From contig JAZKZO010000013.1 of the NCBI GenBank assembly GCA_045612665.1, positions 4,184 to 68,183 on the forward strand: DNA of 64,000 nt. Reading direction: 5' to 3'. The notes below the pieces were generated by a model, which was not told where the DNA came from, ran no database searches, and saw only the letters and a program-made list of their open reading frames with translations. Below are positions 9,896 through 19,885 of this stretch, piece by piece; the first letter of the stretch is position 1, and each line of letters opens with the position of its first letter. Made by a program: the position numbers and the translations under genes. Origin of the DNA: Eubacteriales bacterium (GTDB lineage Bacteria; Bacillota; Clostridia; Oscillospirales; CAG-272).

Positions 9896-12800
9896 ATGCA
9901 TTTAAAATCCCTTGAATTGCAGGGATTTAAATCTTTCCCTGACAAAACAACATTGACATTTGATGATGGTGCAACAGTTATTGTCGGACCTAACGGAAGT
10001 GGAAAATCTAACATCACCGATGCTATGAGATGGGTTCTTGGAGAGCTTTCTACCAAGAATATTCGTGGTTCTAAGCTTGAGGATGTAATTTTCATCGGAA
10101 CAGAGATAAGAAAGCCTATGAGCTATGCAGAGGTTTCCGTTACCTTTGACAACTCATCGCCTGAGGGAAGACTAAATAGCCCATACGATGAGATTACCGT
10201 TACTCGTAGGTATTATCGTGCTGGCAAAAGTGAATATCTCATAAACAAGAATATGTGTCGTTTGACAGATATTTATCAGTTGTTTATGAACACCGGTGTT
10301 GGTCGTGAGGGTTATTCTATTATAGGACAAGGTAGAATCGCCGAGATCATCTCTAAAAAGAGCGAGGATAGAAGAAATATTTTCGAAGAGGCTGCCGGAA
10401 TCTCTAAAATCAGACACGAAAAGAACGAAACCGAGAAAAATTTGAAGCAAACTCAGGAAAATATGGATCGTGTATCCGATATTTACTATGAGCTCGAAAC
10501 TAGAGTAGGACCTCTTGAGAAAGAAGCTGAAAAGGCTAAAAAATATTTTGAGTTTTACGAGAGAAGAAAGGTTGCGGATATTTCTCTTTGGATATATGAA
10601 TCTAAAAAGACCAGAGATGATATCGAAAAGCTTTCCGAGACATATAAAATGTCAACTCACGAGCTCGAAATGGCTAACGATTCACTTCAACAAATTGAGG
10701 CGCAAGAGGCTAATCTTGCTGAGCGTTATAGCAAGACAAAGATCGAGGCCGATAGAATTTATAGTGAAATCAGAGCTTGTAATACAACTCTTTCCGATCT
10801 TAATGCCGATCTTGCGGTTATGGAAAGCAATGTAAAGCATGCAAAAGATAATACAAGCGACGAAATCTTTGAGCTTGAAAGGCTTGAAGCAAAGAAAATT
10901 GCCGCAGAAAAGGAAATTGAGCAAAAAACAAAGCTTACCGATGAGATAAGAGTTGAGCTTCAAAAGGCTCAAGAAGAATATTTGAGCATTCATCAGGAGC
11001 AAACTGATCTTGCTAAAAAACGCGATGAGATTTCCAAAAAAATAGATGAGCTTTTCCTTAACGTAAAGGAATTAGAGGCGCAAAGAGACGAATTTAAGGT
11101 TCGCATTTCCGTAATTGAGAATTCTTCTAATAACGAAGACGAGCGTGCAGATTCCATTAACACTAATATCGGCACTTATCGCGAATCTCTCTTTGAAATG
11201 ACCGAAAAGGCGGATAATTTTAGCAAGACTCTTGCGGAGTACGAGGCAAAGCTTTCATCTCTTGAAAATGATGTGGCTGAGGCTGACTCTGAAATTGAGA
11301 AGAAAACTCAAAGATACGATGAGCTTAAGGAGCAAATGAATAGCCTTAAGTCTAAATCTCTTGCTCTTGTAGAAAGAATTAATGCGTTAAATAGCATGGA
11401 AGAGCTTTTTGAGGGATACGCAAAGAGTGTTTCTTTCATAATGAATACATACAAGGATAATGGAATTAAGGGCGCGGGAACTATATACGGTCCTGTTTCA
11501 AAGCTTATTTCTGTTGATGAAAAGTATGTTACAGCTATTGAAACTGCTCTTGGTGTAGGTCTTCAGCATATAGTTGTAGATAATGAAAATACCGCAAAGG
11601 CTTGTATTGCTACGCTTAAAGAAAATAAGGCAGGACGTGCTACTTTCTATCCAGTTACATCTGTAAGCGGTCAGGACGCTACACACGAAATGATGAACGC
11701 CAAGAAGGCAAAGGGCTATATCGGCATAGCTGATGAGCTTATTGATTTTGATGATAAATTCTCGGAAATTTTCTCATCACTTCTTGGTAGAACGCTGATC
11801 TTTGACAATATTGATAATGCAACCGAGATGGCCAAGGAGCAGAAATATCGCGTTAAGGTTGTAACCCTTGACGGACAACAAATTAATGTTGGCGGTTCAT
11901 TTACCGGTGGTTCAAGCAAGCACGAGAGCAATATGCTTTCGAGAAGCGCGGATATTAAGAATATGCAGGATGAAAACAAAAAAATTCTTGCTGAAATTGA
12001 CGAAATTAAGAGTGAAGGTCAAAAGCTTGGTGAAAGCCTAAGAAATCTTACCCAAAAGCGTGCATCTGACAAGCAACAGCTTAATATTCTTGATACCGTT
12101 TATAGAACCGAAAAGACCGAATACGAGACCCTTGTTGCACAAATTTCTGTTAATAGAGAGCTTGTTGAGGGACTCGAAGCTGATACTAAGAGAATTTTCG
12201 AGGAAAAAGAAAGAAGCTCTATTGAGCTTGTTGAGTTGAAGGCTAAAAAAGAGGCACTCGAGATTCAAATTGATGAAATTAACACTCAAAGACTTGAGCT
12301 TGATGAATCAAAATATGAATATGCAACAAATGTTGATGGCTATACGGATAAAATAAATCAAAATCTTGTAAGAGTTGCTGAAATCAACAAGGATATTGAG
12401 GCTGCTAAGCTTTCGGTTGATGAGACAAAGCTCAAGCTTGCTGAGATTCTTGAGCAAATTGAAGCGAGAAAGGCTAAAATGGAGCGCTTACAGGATGACG
12501 TTACATCCTTTGCTGAGAAAAATGCTGAAAACCGTAAGGCTTACGAAGAAGCAACCAAGAGACTTGCTGAATATGAGAAGGAAAGAGAGAGACTCTTTAT
12601 TCTTGAACAGCAGATTGAGCAAAAGAGAAATGAATTGAATGCTAAGAGTAAGGAAATCTCTTCTAAGAAAGAGGTTATTGCTCGTTCTCACGGTATGAAC
12701 GAGAGCAAGCTTGCTCAGCTCAATATTGATTTGGAAAAGATGAGAGAAAAGCTCAAGCAGGACTATGAGCTCGAGCCATCTGATGCTATTAAGCTTGGAT

Positions 12801-13510
12801 ATCCTGAGGTTACAGCAAGTAATTACAAGGAAATCTCGGCTGAGGCAAATGAATGCAGACAAAAGATCAGAGGTCTTGGATCGATCAATACCAATGCTAT
12901 TGAGGAATACAAGGAGGTTAAGGAGCGCTATGATTTCTATAGTGCACAGCTTACCGACTTGACTAAGGCGAAGGAAGATATTCTCAAGATTATCGATGAG
13001 CTTGAAACCAAGATGAAGGAGCAGTTTATTGAAGCGTTTAATGCTGTAAACGAAAACTTTAACGAGGTATTTAAGGAGCTCTTTGGTGGTGGTCATGCAG
13101 AACTATTGCTTGATGATCCTGAGGACATTCTTAACTGTGGAATTGAAATAAAGGCGGCGCCTCCTGGCAAGGTTATTAAGAGCCTTATGCTTCTTTCTGG
13201 AGGAGAGCAGTCGTTTGTTGCTATTGCGCTTTTGTTTGCTATTCTTAAGGTAAATCCAACACCGTTCTGTATTTTCGATGAAATTGAGGCTGCGCTTGAC
13301 GAGGTTAACGTAGGAAGATTCGGTCAATACATAAAGAGATATTCCAAGCAAACTCAATTTATCGTAATTACACACAGAAGAGGAACCATGGAAATTGCCG
13401 ATAAGCTTTACGGTGTTACAATGCCTCAAAAGGGTATTTCTAAGGTTCTCACTATGGATGTGGGTGATGTTGGTAAGGAAAATATACTTAACGCTAATAA
13501 CGCAAAATAA
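9896..13510 (+). CDS. smc: Chromosome segregation protein SMC
   Basis: GPNGSGKSN Walker A, long coiled coils, hinge (GRATFYP, GGSFTGG), LSGGE signature, FDEIEAALD. Confidence 0.98.
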   Translation: MHLKSLELQGFKSFPDKTTLTFDDGATVIVGPNGSGKSNITDAMRWVLGELSTKNIRGSKLEDVIFIGTEIRKPMSYAEVSVTFDNSSPEGRLNSPYDEITVTRRYYRAGKSEYLINKNMCRLTDIYQLFMNTGVGREGYSIIGQGRIAEIISKKSEDRRNIFEEAAGISKIRHEKNETEKNLKQTQENMDRVSDIYYELETRVGPLEKEAEKAKKYFEFYERRKVADISLWIYESKKTRDDIEKLSETYKMSTHELEMANDSLQQIEAQEANLAERYSKTKIEADRIYSEIRACNTTLSDLNADLAVMESNVKHAKDNTSDEIFELERLEAKKIAAEKEIEQKTKLTDEIRVELQKAQEEYLSIHQEQTDLAKKRDEISKKIDELFLNVKELEAQRDEFKVRISVIENSSNNEDERADSINTNIGTYRESLFEMTEKADNFSKTLAEYEAKLSSLENDVAEADSEIEKKTQRYDELKEQMNSLKSKSLALVERINALNSMEELFEGYAKSVSFIMNTYKDNGIKGAGTIYGPVSKLISVDEKYVTAIETALGVGLQHIVVDNENTAKACIATLKENKAGRATFYPVTSVSGQDATHEMMNAKKAKGYIGIADELIDFDDKFSEIFSSLLGRTLIFDNIDNATEMAKEQKYRVKVVTLDGQQINVGGSFTGGSSKHESNMLSRSADIKNMQDENKKILAEIDEIKSEGQKLGESLRNLTQKRASDKQQLNILDTVYRTEKTEYETLVAQISVNRELVEGLEADTKRIFEEKERSSIELVELKAKKEALEIQIDEINTQRLELDESKYEYATNVDGYTDKINQNLVRVAEINKDIEAAKLSVDETKLKLAEILEQIEARKAKMERLQDDVTSFAEKNAENRKAYEEATKRLAEYEKERERLFILEQQIEQKRNELNAKSKEISSKKEVIARSHGMNESKLAQLNIDLEKMREKLKQDYELEPSDAIKLGYPEVTASNYKEISAEANECRQKIRGLGSINTNAIEEYKEVKERYDFYSAQLTDLTKAKEDILKIIDELETKMKEQFIEAFNAVNENFNEVFKELFGGGHAELLLDDPEDILNCGIEIKAAPPGKVIKSLMLLSGGEQSFVAIALLFAILKVNPTPFCIFDEIEAALDEVNVGRFGQYIKRYSKQTQFIVITHRRGTMEIADKLYGVTMPQKGISKVLTMDVGDVGKENILNANNAK

Positions 13511-13522
13511 CAGGAGAAACAA

Positions 13523-14431
13523 ATGTCATTTTTTGAAAAACTTAAAAAAGGACTTCAAAAAACAAAAAATGTGCTATTTAAGCCATTTTCGGACCTATTT
13601 AAAAGCCTTCGTAAGATAGACGAGGACTTAATGGAGGAGCTTGAGGAAATCCTTATATGCGCCGATGTAGGGGCTAATACGACAGAACTTATTCTTGATA
13701 GGCTTCGTGAGCAAATAAAAGAAAAGGGTCTTAAGGATTCCGATGAGGTTAAAAATGAGCTTCGCCAAATAATGCTTGAAATGATAGGCGAGGGTGCAGA
13801 CATCAATTACTCAAAGGACGATATAACGGTTGTTTTGATAATTGGTGTAAATGGCGTTGGTAAAACAACATCAATAGGAAAAATTTCTCATTCTATGAGA
13901 AAATCTCACAAAAAGGTTGTTGTTGCAGCAGCCGATACGTTTAGAGCTGCTGCAATTGACCAGCTTGAGGTTTGGACGAAGCGCGCAGGCGTTGATATGA
14001 TCAAGCATAGCGAGGGTTCTGACCCTGCAGCTGTTGTTTTTGATGCTATAAATGCTTCGAAAAAGCGTGGAGCTGACGTTTTGATCATTGATACCGCCGG
14101 ACGTCTTCATAACAAGAAAAACCTCATGGATGAGCTTGCTAAAATTGATAGAGTTATTTCAAGAGAGCTTCCTAACTCCACAAGAGAAACACTTCTTGTT
14201 TTGGATTCTACAACAGGACAAAATGCTGTAAATCAAGCTAAGGAATTCAAGAATTCCGCAAATATTACGGGTCTTATCCTTACAAAGCTTGATGGAACTG
14301 CTAAGGGCGGAATCGTTTTCTCGATTAAAAACGAGCTTGATATTCCGGTTAAGTATATCGGAGTTGGTGAGCAAATTGATGACATGGAGAAGTTTGACGC
14401 AAACGAATTCGTTGATGCGTTGTTTGAATGA
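13523..14431 (+). CDS. ftsY: SRP receptor FtsY
   Basis: [31 protein letters not shown]. Confidence 0.98.
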   Translation: MSFFEKLKKGLQKTKNVLFKPFSDLFKSLRKIDEDLMEELEEILICADVGANTTELILDRLREQIKEKGLKDSDEVKNELRQIMLEMIGEGADINYSKDDITVVLIIGVNGVGKTTSIGKISHSMRKSHKKVVVAAADTFRAAAIDQLEVWTKRAGVDMIKHSEGSDPAAVVFDAINASKKRGADVLIIDTAGRLHNKKNLMDELAKIDRVISRELPNSTRETLLVLDSTTGQNAVNQAKEFKNSANITGLILTKLDGTAKGGIVFSIKNELDIPVKYIGVGEQIDDMEKFDANEFVDALFE

Positions 14432-15036
14432 TTATGATAGAAATTGTACTTGCTTCTAGAAATAAAAAGAAAATCGCCGAGTTTCAAGTGCTTTTGGAAA
14501 ATGCTTTTGAGCACGAGGTTAAGGTTTTATCTCTTGACGATATAGGGTTTGTCGGCGAGATTGTTGAAAACGGAGAAACCTTTGAGGAAAACGCAATTAC
14601 CAAGGCAAGCGTTCCTGCATCTATGGGATATATAGGTATAGCAGACGATTCGGGTCTTTGTGTAGATGCTCTTGACGGTGCTCCTGGTGTTTATTCGGCT
14701 AGATTTTCGGGCGGAGATGACGAGGATAATAATGCATTGCTTTTGAAGCTTTTGGCAGACAAGGAAAACCGTAACGCTAGCTATGCGTGCGCTATCGCTT
14801 GTGTGTTTCCTAATGATAAGGATAAAAATTTTGTCGTTCGCGGTGACTGTTACGGTAAAATAATCGACGAAAGACGAGGAACTGCAGGATTTGGTTATGA
14901 TCCTTATTTCTACTATGAGCCATTTGGCAAGACATTTGCTGAAATTGAGCTTTCTAAGAAGAATGAGGTTAGCCATAGAGGTATAGCAGTTAGAAAATTT
15001 ATAGAGAAATTTTCGAAGGTGATTGAAAATGACTAG
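14428..15036 (+). CDS. rdgB: Non-canonical purine NTP pyrophosphatase (RdgB/HAM1)
   Basis: ASRNKKK, ADDSGL, PGVYSARF, GFGYDPYF, SHRG. Confidence 0.95.
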   Translation: MIMIEIVLASRNKKKIAEFQVLLENAFEHEVKVLSLDDIGFVGEIVENGETFEENAITKASVPASMGYIGIADDSGLCVDALDGAPGVYSARFSGGDDEDNNALLLKLLADKENRNASYACAIACVFPNDKDKNFVVRGDCYGKIIDERRGTAGFGYDPYFYYEPFGKTFAEIELSKKNEVSHRGIAVRKFIEKFSKVIEND

Positions 15037-15331
15037 TAAACAAAGATCATATTTAAAGAGTATGGCTTCAAATTTAGACACTATTTTCCAAATAGGAAAG
15101 GGTGGAATAACTGATGAGCTTTGCTTTCAGTTGGGTAATGCGCTTGAAGCAAGAGAGATAATTAAGATAAAGCTCCTTGAAAGCTGTCCTTGTTCAGTTA
15201 AGGATGCTGCAAACGAGATTGCAGAGGCTATTGGCGCAGAGGTTGTACAAACAATAGGTATGAAAATCGTTCTTTTTAAGGTTTCATCAAATGAAAAGAA
15301 CAGAAAAATTGATTTGAGCAAAATAAGATGA
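15029..15331 (+). CDS. yhbY: YhbY/CRM RNA-binding protein
   Basis: TSKQRSYL...QIGKGG...REIIKIK...VQTIG; RBS gaaggtg before ATG 15029. Confidence 0.93.
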   Translation: MTSKQRSYLKSMASNLDTIFQIGKGGITDELCFQLGNALEAREIIKIKLLESCPCSVKDAANEIAEAIGAEVVQTIGMKIVLFKVSSNEKNRKIDLSKIR

Positions 15332-15939
15332 AAATAGGAATTTACGGTGGGACATTTGATCCCCCTCACAACGGTCATGTTCATGCTTGTAAATCTTTTT
15401 TGGAGACTTTTAAGGTTGATAAGATGTATATTATTCCAACCTTTATTCCTCCACATAAGGTGAGAGATTCTAATATCAGCGCGGAAATGCGGACGGAAAT
15501 GTCTAAATTGGCATTTGAAGGAATTGCTGATAATGTTGAAATATCGGATATTGAGTTAAAAAGACAAGGGACAAGCTATACAGCCGATACTCTTAAGCAA
15601 TTTAAGGATATAGGTTGTGAAAAAATATATCTCTTGTGTGGAACCGATATGTTTGTAACGCTTGATACATGGCGAAATCCAAAATACATTTTTGAGAGCG
15701 CAACTATTGTTTGCATTCGTAGAGAAAACGATGAAAGCATGGTAGCTTTAATAGATGAAAAAAGTAAGATGTACAAGGAAGTTTTCGGTGCGGATATTGA
15801 ATTTATTCACAAGGAAGCGATTGAAGTTTCGTCTAGCGATTTGAGGAAAAATATAGTAAATTTAAAAGATTTAGTACCAAGCAATGTATTCAAATACATT
15901 GAATCAAATAATTTATACGAAAACGAGAATTTATTATGA
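15328..15939 (+). CDS. nadD: Nicotinate-nucleotide adenylyltransferase
   Basis: IYGGTFDPPHNGH, SYTADT, ISSS-like VSSS motif. Confidence 0.95.
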   Translation: MKIGIYGGTFDPPHNGHVHACKSFLETFKVDKMYIIPTFIPPHKVRDSNISAEMRTEMSKLAFEGIADNVEISDIELKRQGTSYTADTLKQFKDIGCEKIYLLCGTDMFVTLDTWRNPKYIFESATIVCIRRENDESMVALIDEKSKMYKEVFGADIEFIHKEAIEVSSSDLRKNIVNLKDLVPSNVFKYIESNNLYENENLL

Positions 15940-16574
15940 ATGAGCATTATGATATTTCTGCTATAAGAGATGTTGTTAAGAGCTTTACAACTGAGAAAAG
16001 ATTTTCTCACATTTTGGGAGTGGAAAAAGAGGCTTGCGAGCTAGGAAAAATCTTTTTACCTGAAAAATGTGAAAAGCTTCAGGTTGCAGGGATATTACAT
16101 GATATAACCAAAAATTTCTCATATGAAAAGCAGATTGAGTTATGTAATGAATATGGAATAGAGCTTGATAAATATATTACTCCAAAGCTTTTGCACGCCA
16201 AAACGGGTTGTGAATTTGCTAGAAGACATTTTGGCAATAAAATTGTTGATGATGAAATATTTTCGGCAATTTATTATCATACAACCGGCAAAGCGGAAAT
16301 GAGCGTGTTTGAGGCGATTATTTATCTTGCAGATTATATCGAGGAAACTAGAACATTTGCTGATTGCGTGGAATTGAGAAGATATTTTTATGACAACATA
16401 GGCAAAGCGCATTCGTATGAAGATAAATTAGAGGTTCTTAGAAGCACACTTGTTTTATCGTTTGATATGACAATTAGAAACTTGCTTGATGAGGGCAAGG
16501 TTGTAGATTTTTACACTATGAGTGCTCGAAATTACCTTATAATAAATGAAAAGAGTTTAAAGTGGAGGAAATAG
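15936..16574 (+). CDS. yqeK: HD-domain Ap4A hydrolase YqeK
   Basis: RFSHILGV, LHDITK, LLHA, HTTG, YLADYIE; follows nadD. Confidence 0.92.
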   Translation: MNEHYDISAIRDVVKSFTTEKRFSHILGVEKEACELGKIFLPEKCEKLQVAGILHDITKNFSYEKQIELCNEYGIELDKYITPKLLHAKTGCEFARRHFGNKIVDDEIFSAIYYHTTGKAEMSVFEAIIYLADYIEETRTFADCVELRRYFYDNIGKAHSYEDKLEVLRSTLVLSFDMTIRNLLDEGKVVDFYTMSARNYLIINEKSLKWRK

Positions 16575-16973
16575 ATGGAAAATATTTTGGAAATTAAAGA
16601 GGGATGTCTTAAGGGCGCTACCTCGCAAGAGGTTGCTGAGCTTGCTGTGAAAATTCTCGATAGCAAGCTTGCATCTGAGATAAAGCTCTTGAAAATAGAT
16701 GCAAAGACGATTATCGCGGATTACTTTGTTATTTGTACAGGTAGATCAACAACGCAAATCAAGACACTAGCTGATGAGGTTGAGTACAAGCTTAAGGTTG
16801 CAGGCGTTAATGAACCAAGACTTGAGGGAAGCGCATCCGACGAGTGGAAGATCGTTGATTGCAAGGATGTAATAATTCATATTTTTTCACTTGAGGCAAG
16901 AGATTTTTACAAGCTTGATAGGCTTTGGGCTGACTGTGAGGAAATAGACATATCTAAAATTTTAAATTCATAA
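16575..16973 (+). CDS. rsfS: Ribosome silencing factor RsfS
   Basis: IADYFVICTGRSTTQIKTLAD, VIIHIF...RDFYKLDRLW. Confidence 0.95.
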   Translation: MENILEIKEGCLKGATSQEVAELAVKILDSKLASEIKLLKIDAKTIIADYFVICTGRSTTQIKTLADEVEYKLKVAGVNEPRLEGSASDEWKIVDCKDVIIHIFSLEARDFYKLDRLWADCEEIDISKILNS

Positions 16974-16988
16974 CTTGAGAGGCATAAA

Positions 16989-19424
16989 ATGAAGTACGAT
17001 TATTTATCAATTGAAAAGAAATGGCAGGAGTACTGGGAAAAGAATCAAACATTCAAGACTGATGTTTGGGATTTTTCAAAGCCAAAGTTTTATGCTTTGG
17101 ATATGTTCCCATATCCGTCAGGAGTTGGCCTTCACGCGGGACATCCTGAGGGATATACTGCAACTGACATTATATCAAGAATGAAGAGAATGCAGGGATA
17201 CAATGTTCTTCACCCTATGGGATACGATTCATTCGGTCTTCCTGCAGAGCAATATGCAGTTAATACAGGAAATCATCCTAATGGCTTTACACAAGAGAAT
17301 ATTAAGACATTTTCAAAACAGTTAAAGGAGCTCGGCTTTGATTATGACTGGAGCAAAATGATTGCTACAAGCGATCCTGAGTTCTATAAGTGGACACAGT
17401 GGATCTTTAAACAGCTTTACCTTGACGGATATGCTCAGTATATTGATATGCCTGTAAACTGGTGCGAGGAGCTTGGAACAGTTCTTTCCAATGATGAGGT
17501 TATTGATGGAAAGTCAGAACGCGGTGGTTTCCCTGTTGTAAGAAAGAATATGAAGCAATGGGTTATCAATCAGCCTGCCTTTGCAGAGGAGCTTTTGGAA
17601 GGACTTGACGAGATTGATTGGCCTGAATCCACTAAGCTTATGCAAAAGAACTGGATTGGCAAATCTACCGGTGTTGAGGTTTCCTTTAAAATCGTTGGTG
17701 GCGGAGAGTTTTCTATCTTTACGACCTGTATAGAAACTATTTACGGTATCACATTCATGGTTCTTGCTCCTGATGGAGAGGTTGTAAAATCTCTTATGCC
17801 AAGAATTCAAAACAAAGAAGAGGTTCAGGCATATATCGATGAAACCTTGAAAAAGAACGATATGGATAGAACCGAGCTCAACAAGACAAAGTCTGGTTGT
17901 GAGCTTAAGGGTGTTACTTGTATCAATCCTGTAAACGGTAAGGAAGTAAGAATGTTTATCGGTGATTTCGTTCTTGCTAACTATGGTACAGGTGCTGTAA
18001 TGGCAGTTCCATCACATGATCAACGTGATTTTGAGTATGCTATTGCACATAATATTGATATGGTTCAAGTAATTGACGGAGATGAGAAGCTTGGACACGT
18101 TGACGTTTCCGAGAAGGCATTTGAAAAGGGCGATTATCTTGGAAAGGGCTATAAGCTTATAAATTCTGAGGAGTTTACAGGACTTACTGTTGAAGAGGCA
18201 AAGGAGGCTATTACCTCAAAGCTCGAAAAAATGGGAGTTGCGAAGAGAACAGTTAATTACCATTTCAGAGAGTGGATTTTTGCAAGACAGCGTTACTGGG
18301 GTGAGCCAGTTCCTGTTGTACACGGTGAGGACGGAGAAATTCACGTTCTTGACGACGCAGAGCTTCCTCTTGTTCTTCCTGAGCTTGAAAATTATAAGGG
18401 AGTAAACGGAAAAGCGCCTCTTGAGAATGCTACCGAATGGAAAAATTACGACAAAAACGGAATAAAGGGTGTAAGAGAAACCTCTACAATGCCTGGATCT
18501 GCCGGTTCTAGCTGGTACTTCCTTCGTTACATTGATCCGAACAATAATGATGAATTTGCAAATCAAGAGCTTCTCAAGCACTGGATGCCTGTTGACCTCT
18601 ATATAGGTGGACCTGAGCATGCAGTTGGACACCTTATGTATTCAAGAATTTGGAACAGATACCTTTATAACAAGGGACTTGCACCTACTAAAGAGCCTTT
18701 CAAGAAGCTTGTGCATCAGGGAATGATTCTTGGTGCTAACGGTATTAAGATGGGTAAGCGTTTCCCTGAATTCGTTGTAAATCCAAGCGACGTTGTTCGT
18801 GATTATGGAGCAGATACACTTCGTCTTTATGAGATGTTCATGGGACCTCTTGAGGTATCTAAGCCTTGGAGCGATGCAGGTGTTGAGGGTGCAAAGAGAT
18901 TCCTTAACCGTGTTTGGGCATTCTTTACCGAGAGCGAGAATCTTGTTGATAGCGATGTTCCTGAACTTGAAAAAATCTATCACAAGACTGTAAAGAAGGT
19001 AACTGAGGATTTTGAAAAGCTTGCTTTCAATACGGCTATTTCACAAATGATGATATTTGTAAATGCTATTTACAAGGAAGGAAAGTGTCCGAAGGCTTAT
19101 GCAGATGGATTTATCAAGATGCTTTCTTGCATTTGTCCACATATCGGTGAGGAAATTTGGTCTATTATGGGACATGGCGATACTATCGCTTATGAGCCTT
19201 GGCCTACATTTGACGAGTCAAAGACTGTTGATACAACCGTTACTATTGCAGTTCAAATTAACGGAAAGCTTCGTTCTACAATAATAATTGATAAGAATGA
19301 CGATAAGGACAGTGTTATTGCAACCGCAAAGGCTGACAAGAAGATTGCAGATTTCTTGGCTGATAAAAATATCATAAAAGAAATTTACGTTCCCGGAAAA
19401 ATCGTAAATATAGTGGTTAAGTAA
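16989..19424 (+). CDS. leuS: Leucine-tRNA ligase
   Basis: MFPYPSG, HAGH (HIGH motif), GTGAVMAVPSHDQRD, RQRYWG, YIGGPEHAVGHL; the KMSKS position reads KMGKR. Confidence 0.98.
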   Translation: MKYDYLSIEKKWQEYWEKNQTFKTDVWDFSKPKFYALDMFPYPSGVGLHAGHPEGYTATDIISRMKRMQGYNVLHPMGYDSFGLPAEQYAVNTGNHPNGFTQENIKTFSKQLKELGFDYDWSKMIATSDPEFYKWTQWIFKQLYLDGYAQYIDMPVNWCEELGTVLSNDEVIDGKSERGGFPVVRKNMKQWVINQPAFAEELLEGLDEIDWPESTKLMQKNWIGKSTGVEVSFKIVGGGEFSIFTTCIETIYGITFMVLAPDGEVVKSLMPRIQNKEEVQAYIDETLKKNDMDRTELNKTKSGCELKGVTCINPVNGKEVRMFIGDFVLANYGTGAVMAVPSHDQRDFEYAIAHNIDMVQVIDGDEKLGHVDVSEKAFEKGDYLGKGYKLINSEEFTGLTVEEAKEAITSKLEKMGVAKRTVNYHFREWIFARQRYWGEPVPVVHGEDGEIHVLDDAELPLVLPELENYKGVNGKAPLENATEWKNYDKNGIKGVRETSTMPGSAGSSWYFLRYIDPNNNDEFANQELLKHWMPVDLYIGGPEHAVGHLMYSRIWNRYLYNKGLAPTKEPFKKLVHQGMILGANGIKMGKRFPEFVVNPSDVVRDYGADTLRLYEMFMGPLEVSKPWSDAGVEGAKRFLNRVWAFFTESENLVDSDVPELEKIYHKTVKKVTEDFEKLAFNTAISQMMIFVNAIYKEGKCPKAYADGFIKMLSCICPHIGEEIWSIMGHGDTIAYEPWPTFDESKTVDTTVTIAVQINGKLRSTIIIDKNDDKDSVIATAKADKKIADFLADKNIIKEIYVPGKIVNIVVK

Positions 19425-19454
19425 TAAAAAATCTAAAAAATTACAAATTTACTA

Positions 19455-19483
19455 TTGACAAGCGAGGTCAGTTGTAATATAAT
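19455..19483 (+). promoter_or_regulatory. SigA promoter of rpsU
   Basis: TTGACA-17 nt-TATAAT, perfect consensus. Confidence 0.85.
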
Positions 19484-19528
19484 ATCATAGAGATTATTCT
19501 CTTGCTACACGCGGGGGGAGGGATATAG

Positions 19529-19705
19529 ATGGCAGAAATCAGAGTAAAAGAAAACGAATCACTCGACAGTGCACTTCGTAGATTCAAGCGCCAGTGCGCA
19601 AGATCTGGAGTTCTTATGGAGCTCCGTAAGAGAGAGCACTACGAGAAACCAAGTGTAAAAAGAAAGAAGAAATCTGAAGCAGCAAGAAAGCGCAAATTCA
19701 AATAA
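19529..19705 (+). CDS. rpsU: 30S ribosomal protein S21 (58 aa, absent from ORF track)
   Basis: Translated by hand: [58 protein letters not shown]; strong RBS ggagg. Confidence 0.98.
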   Translation: MAEIRVKENESLDSALRRFKRQCARSGVLMELRKREHYEKPSVKRKKKSEAARKRKFK

Positions 19706-19723
19706 TTTGTAATTCTTAACTTC

Positions 19724-19752
19724 AAAAGGACCACTTTTTGTGGTCCTTTTTT
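19724..19752 (+). terminator. Intrinsic terminator after rpsU
   Basis: aaaaggaccac-ttttt-gtggtcctttt. Confidence 0.85.
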
Positions 19753-19885
19753 CTTGCTGTTCTTGAATTGATCCTTATTTTATAGTAAAATGAATTTAGA
19801 AAATTTTGAAAAATTTGTTAACCGACACCAAGTAAATGGTACTATATGGTTGAAAGCTTTCAAAAAGGACTGACAGGAGAACGAT

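Noticed and set aside
9896-13510. Intein, intron or frameshift in the large genes (smc, dnaE, leuS, topA, mutS2)
   Set aside because: All are uninterrupted and of normal length, and stop codon usage gives no sign of recoding
16974-16988. T-box or riboswitch before leuS (also considered before argS)
   Set aside because: The intergenic gaps are only 11-15 nt, leaving no room
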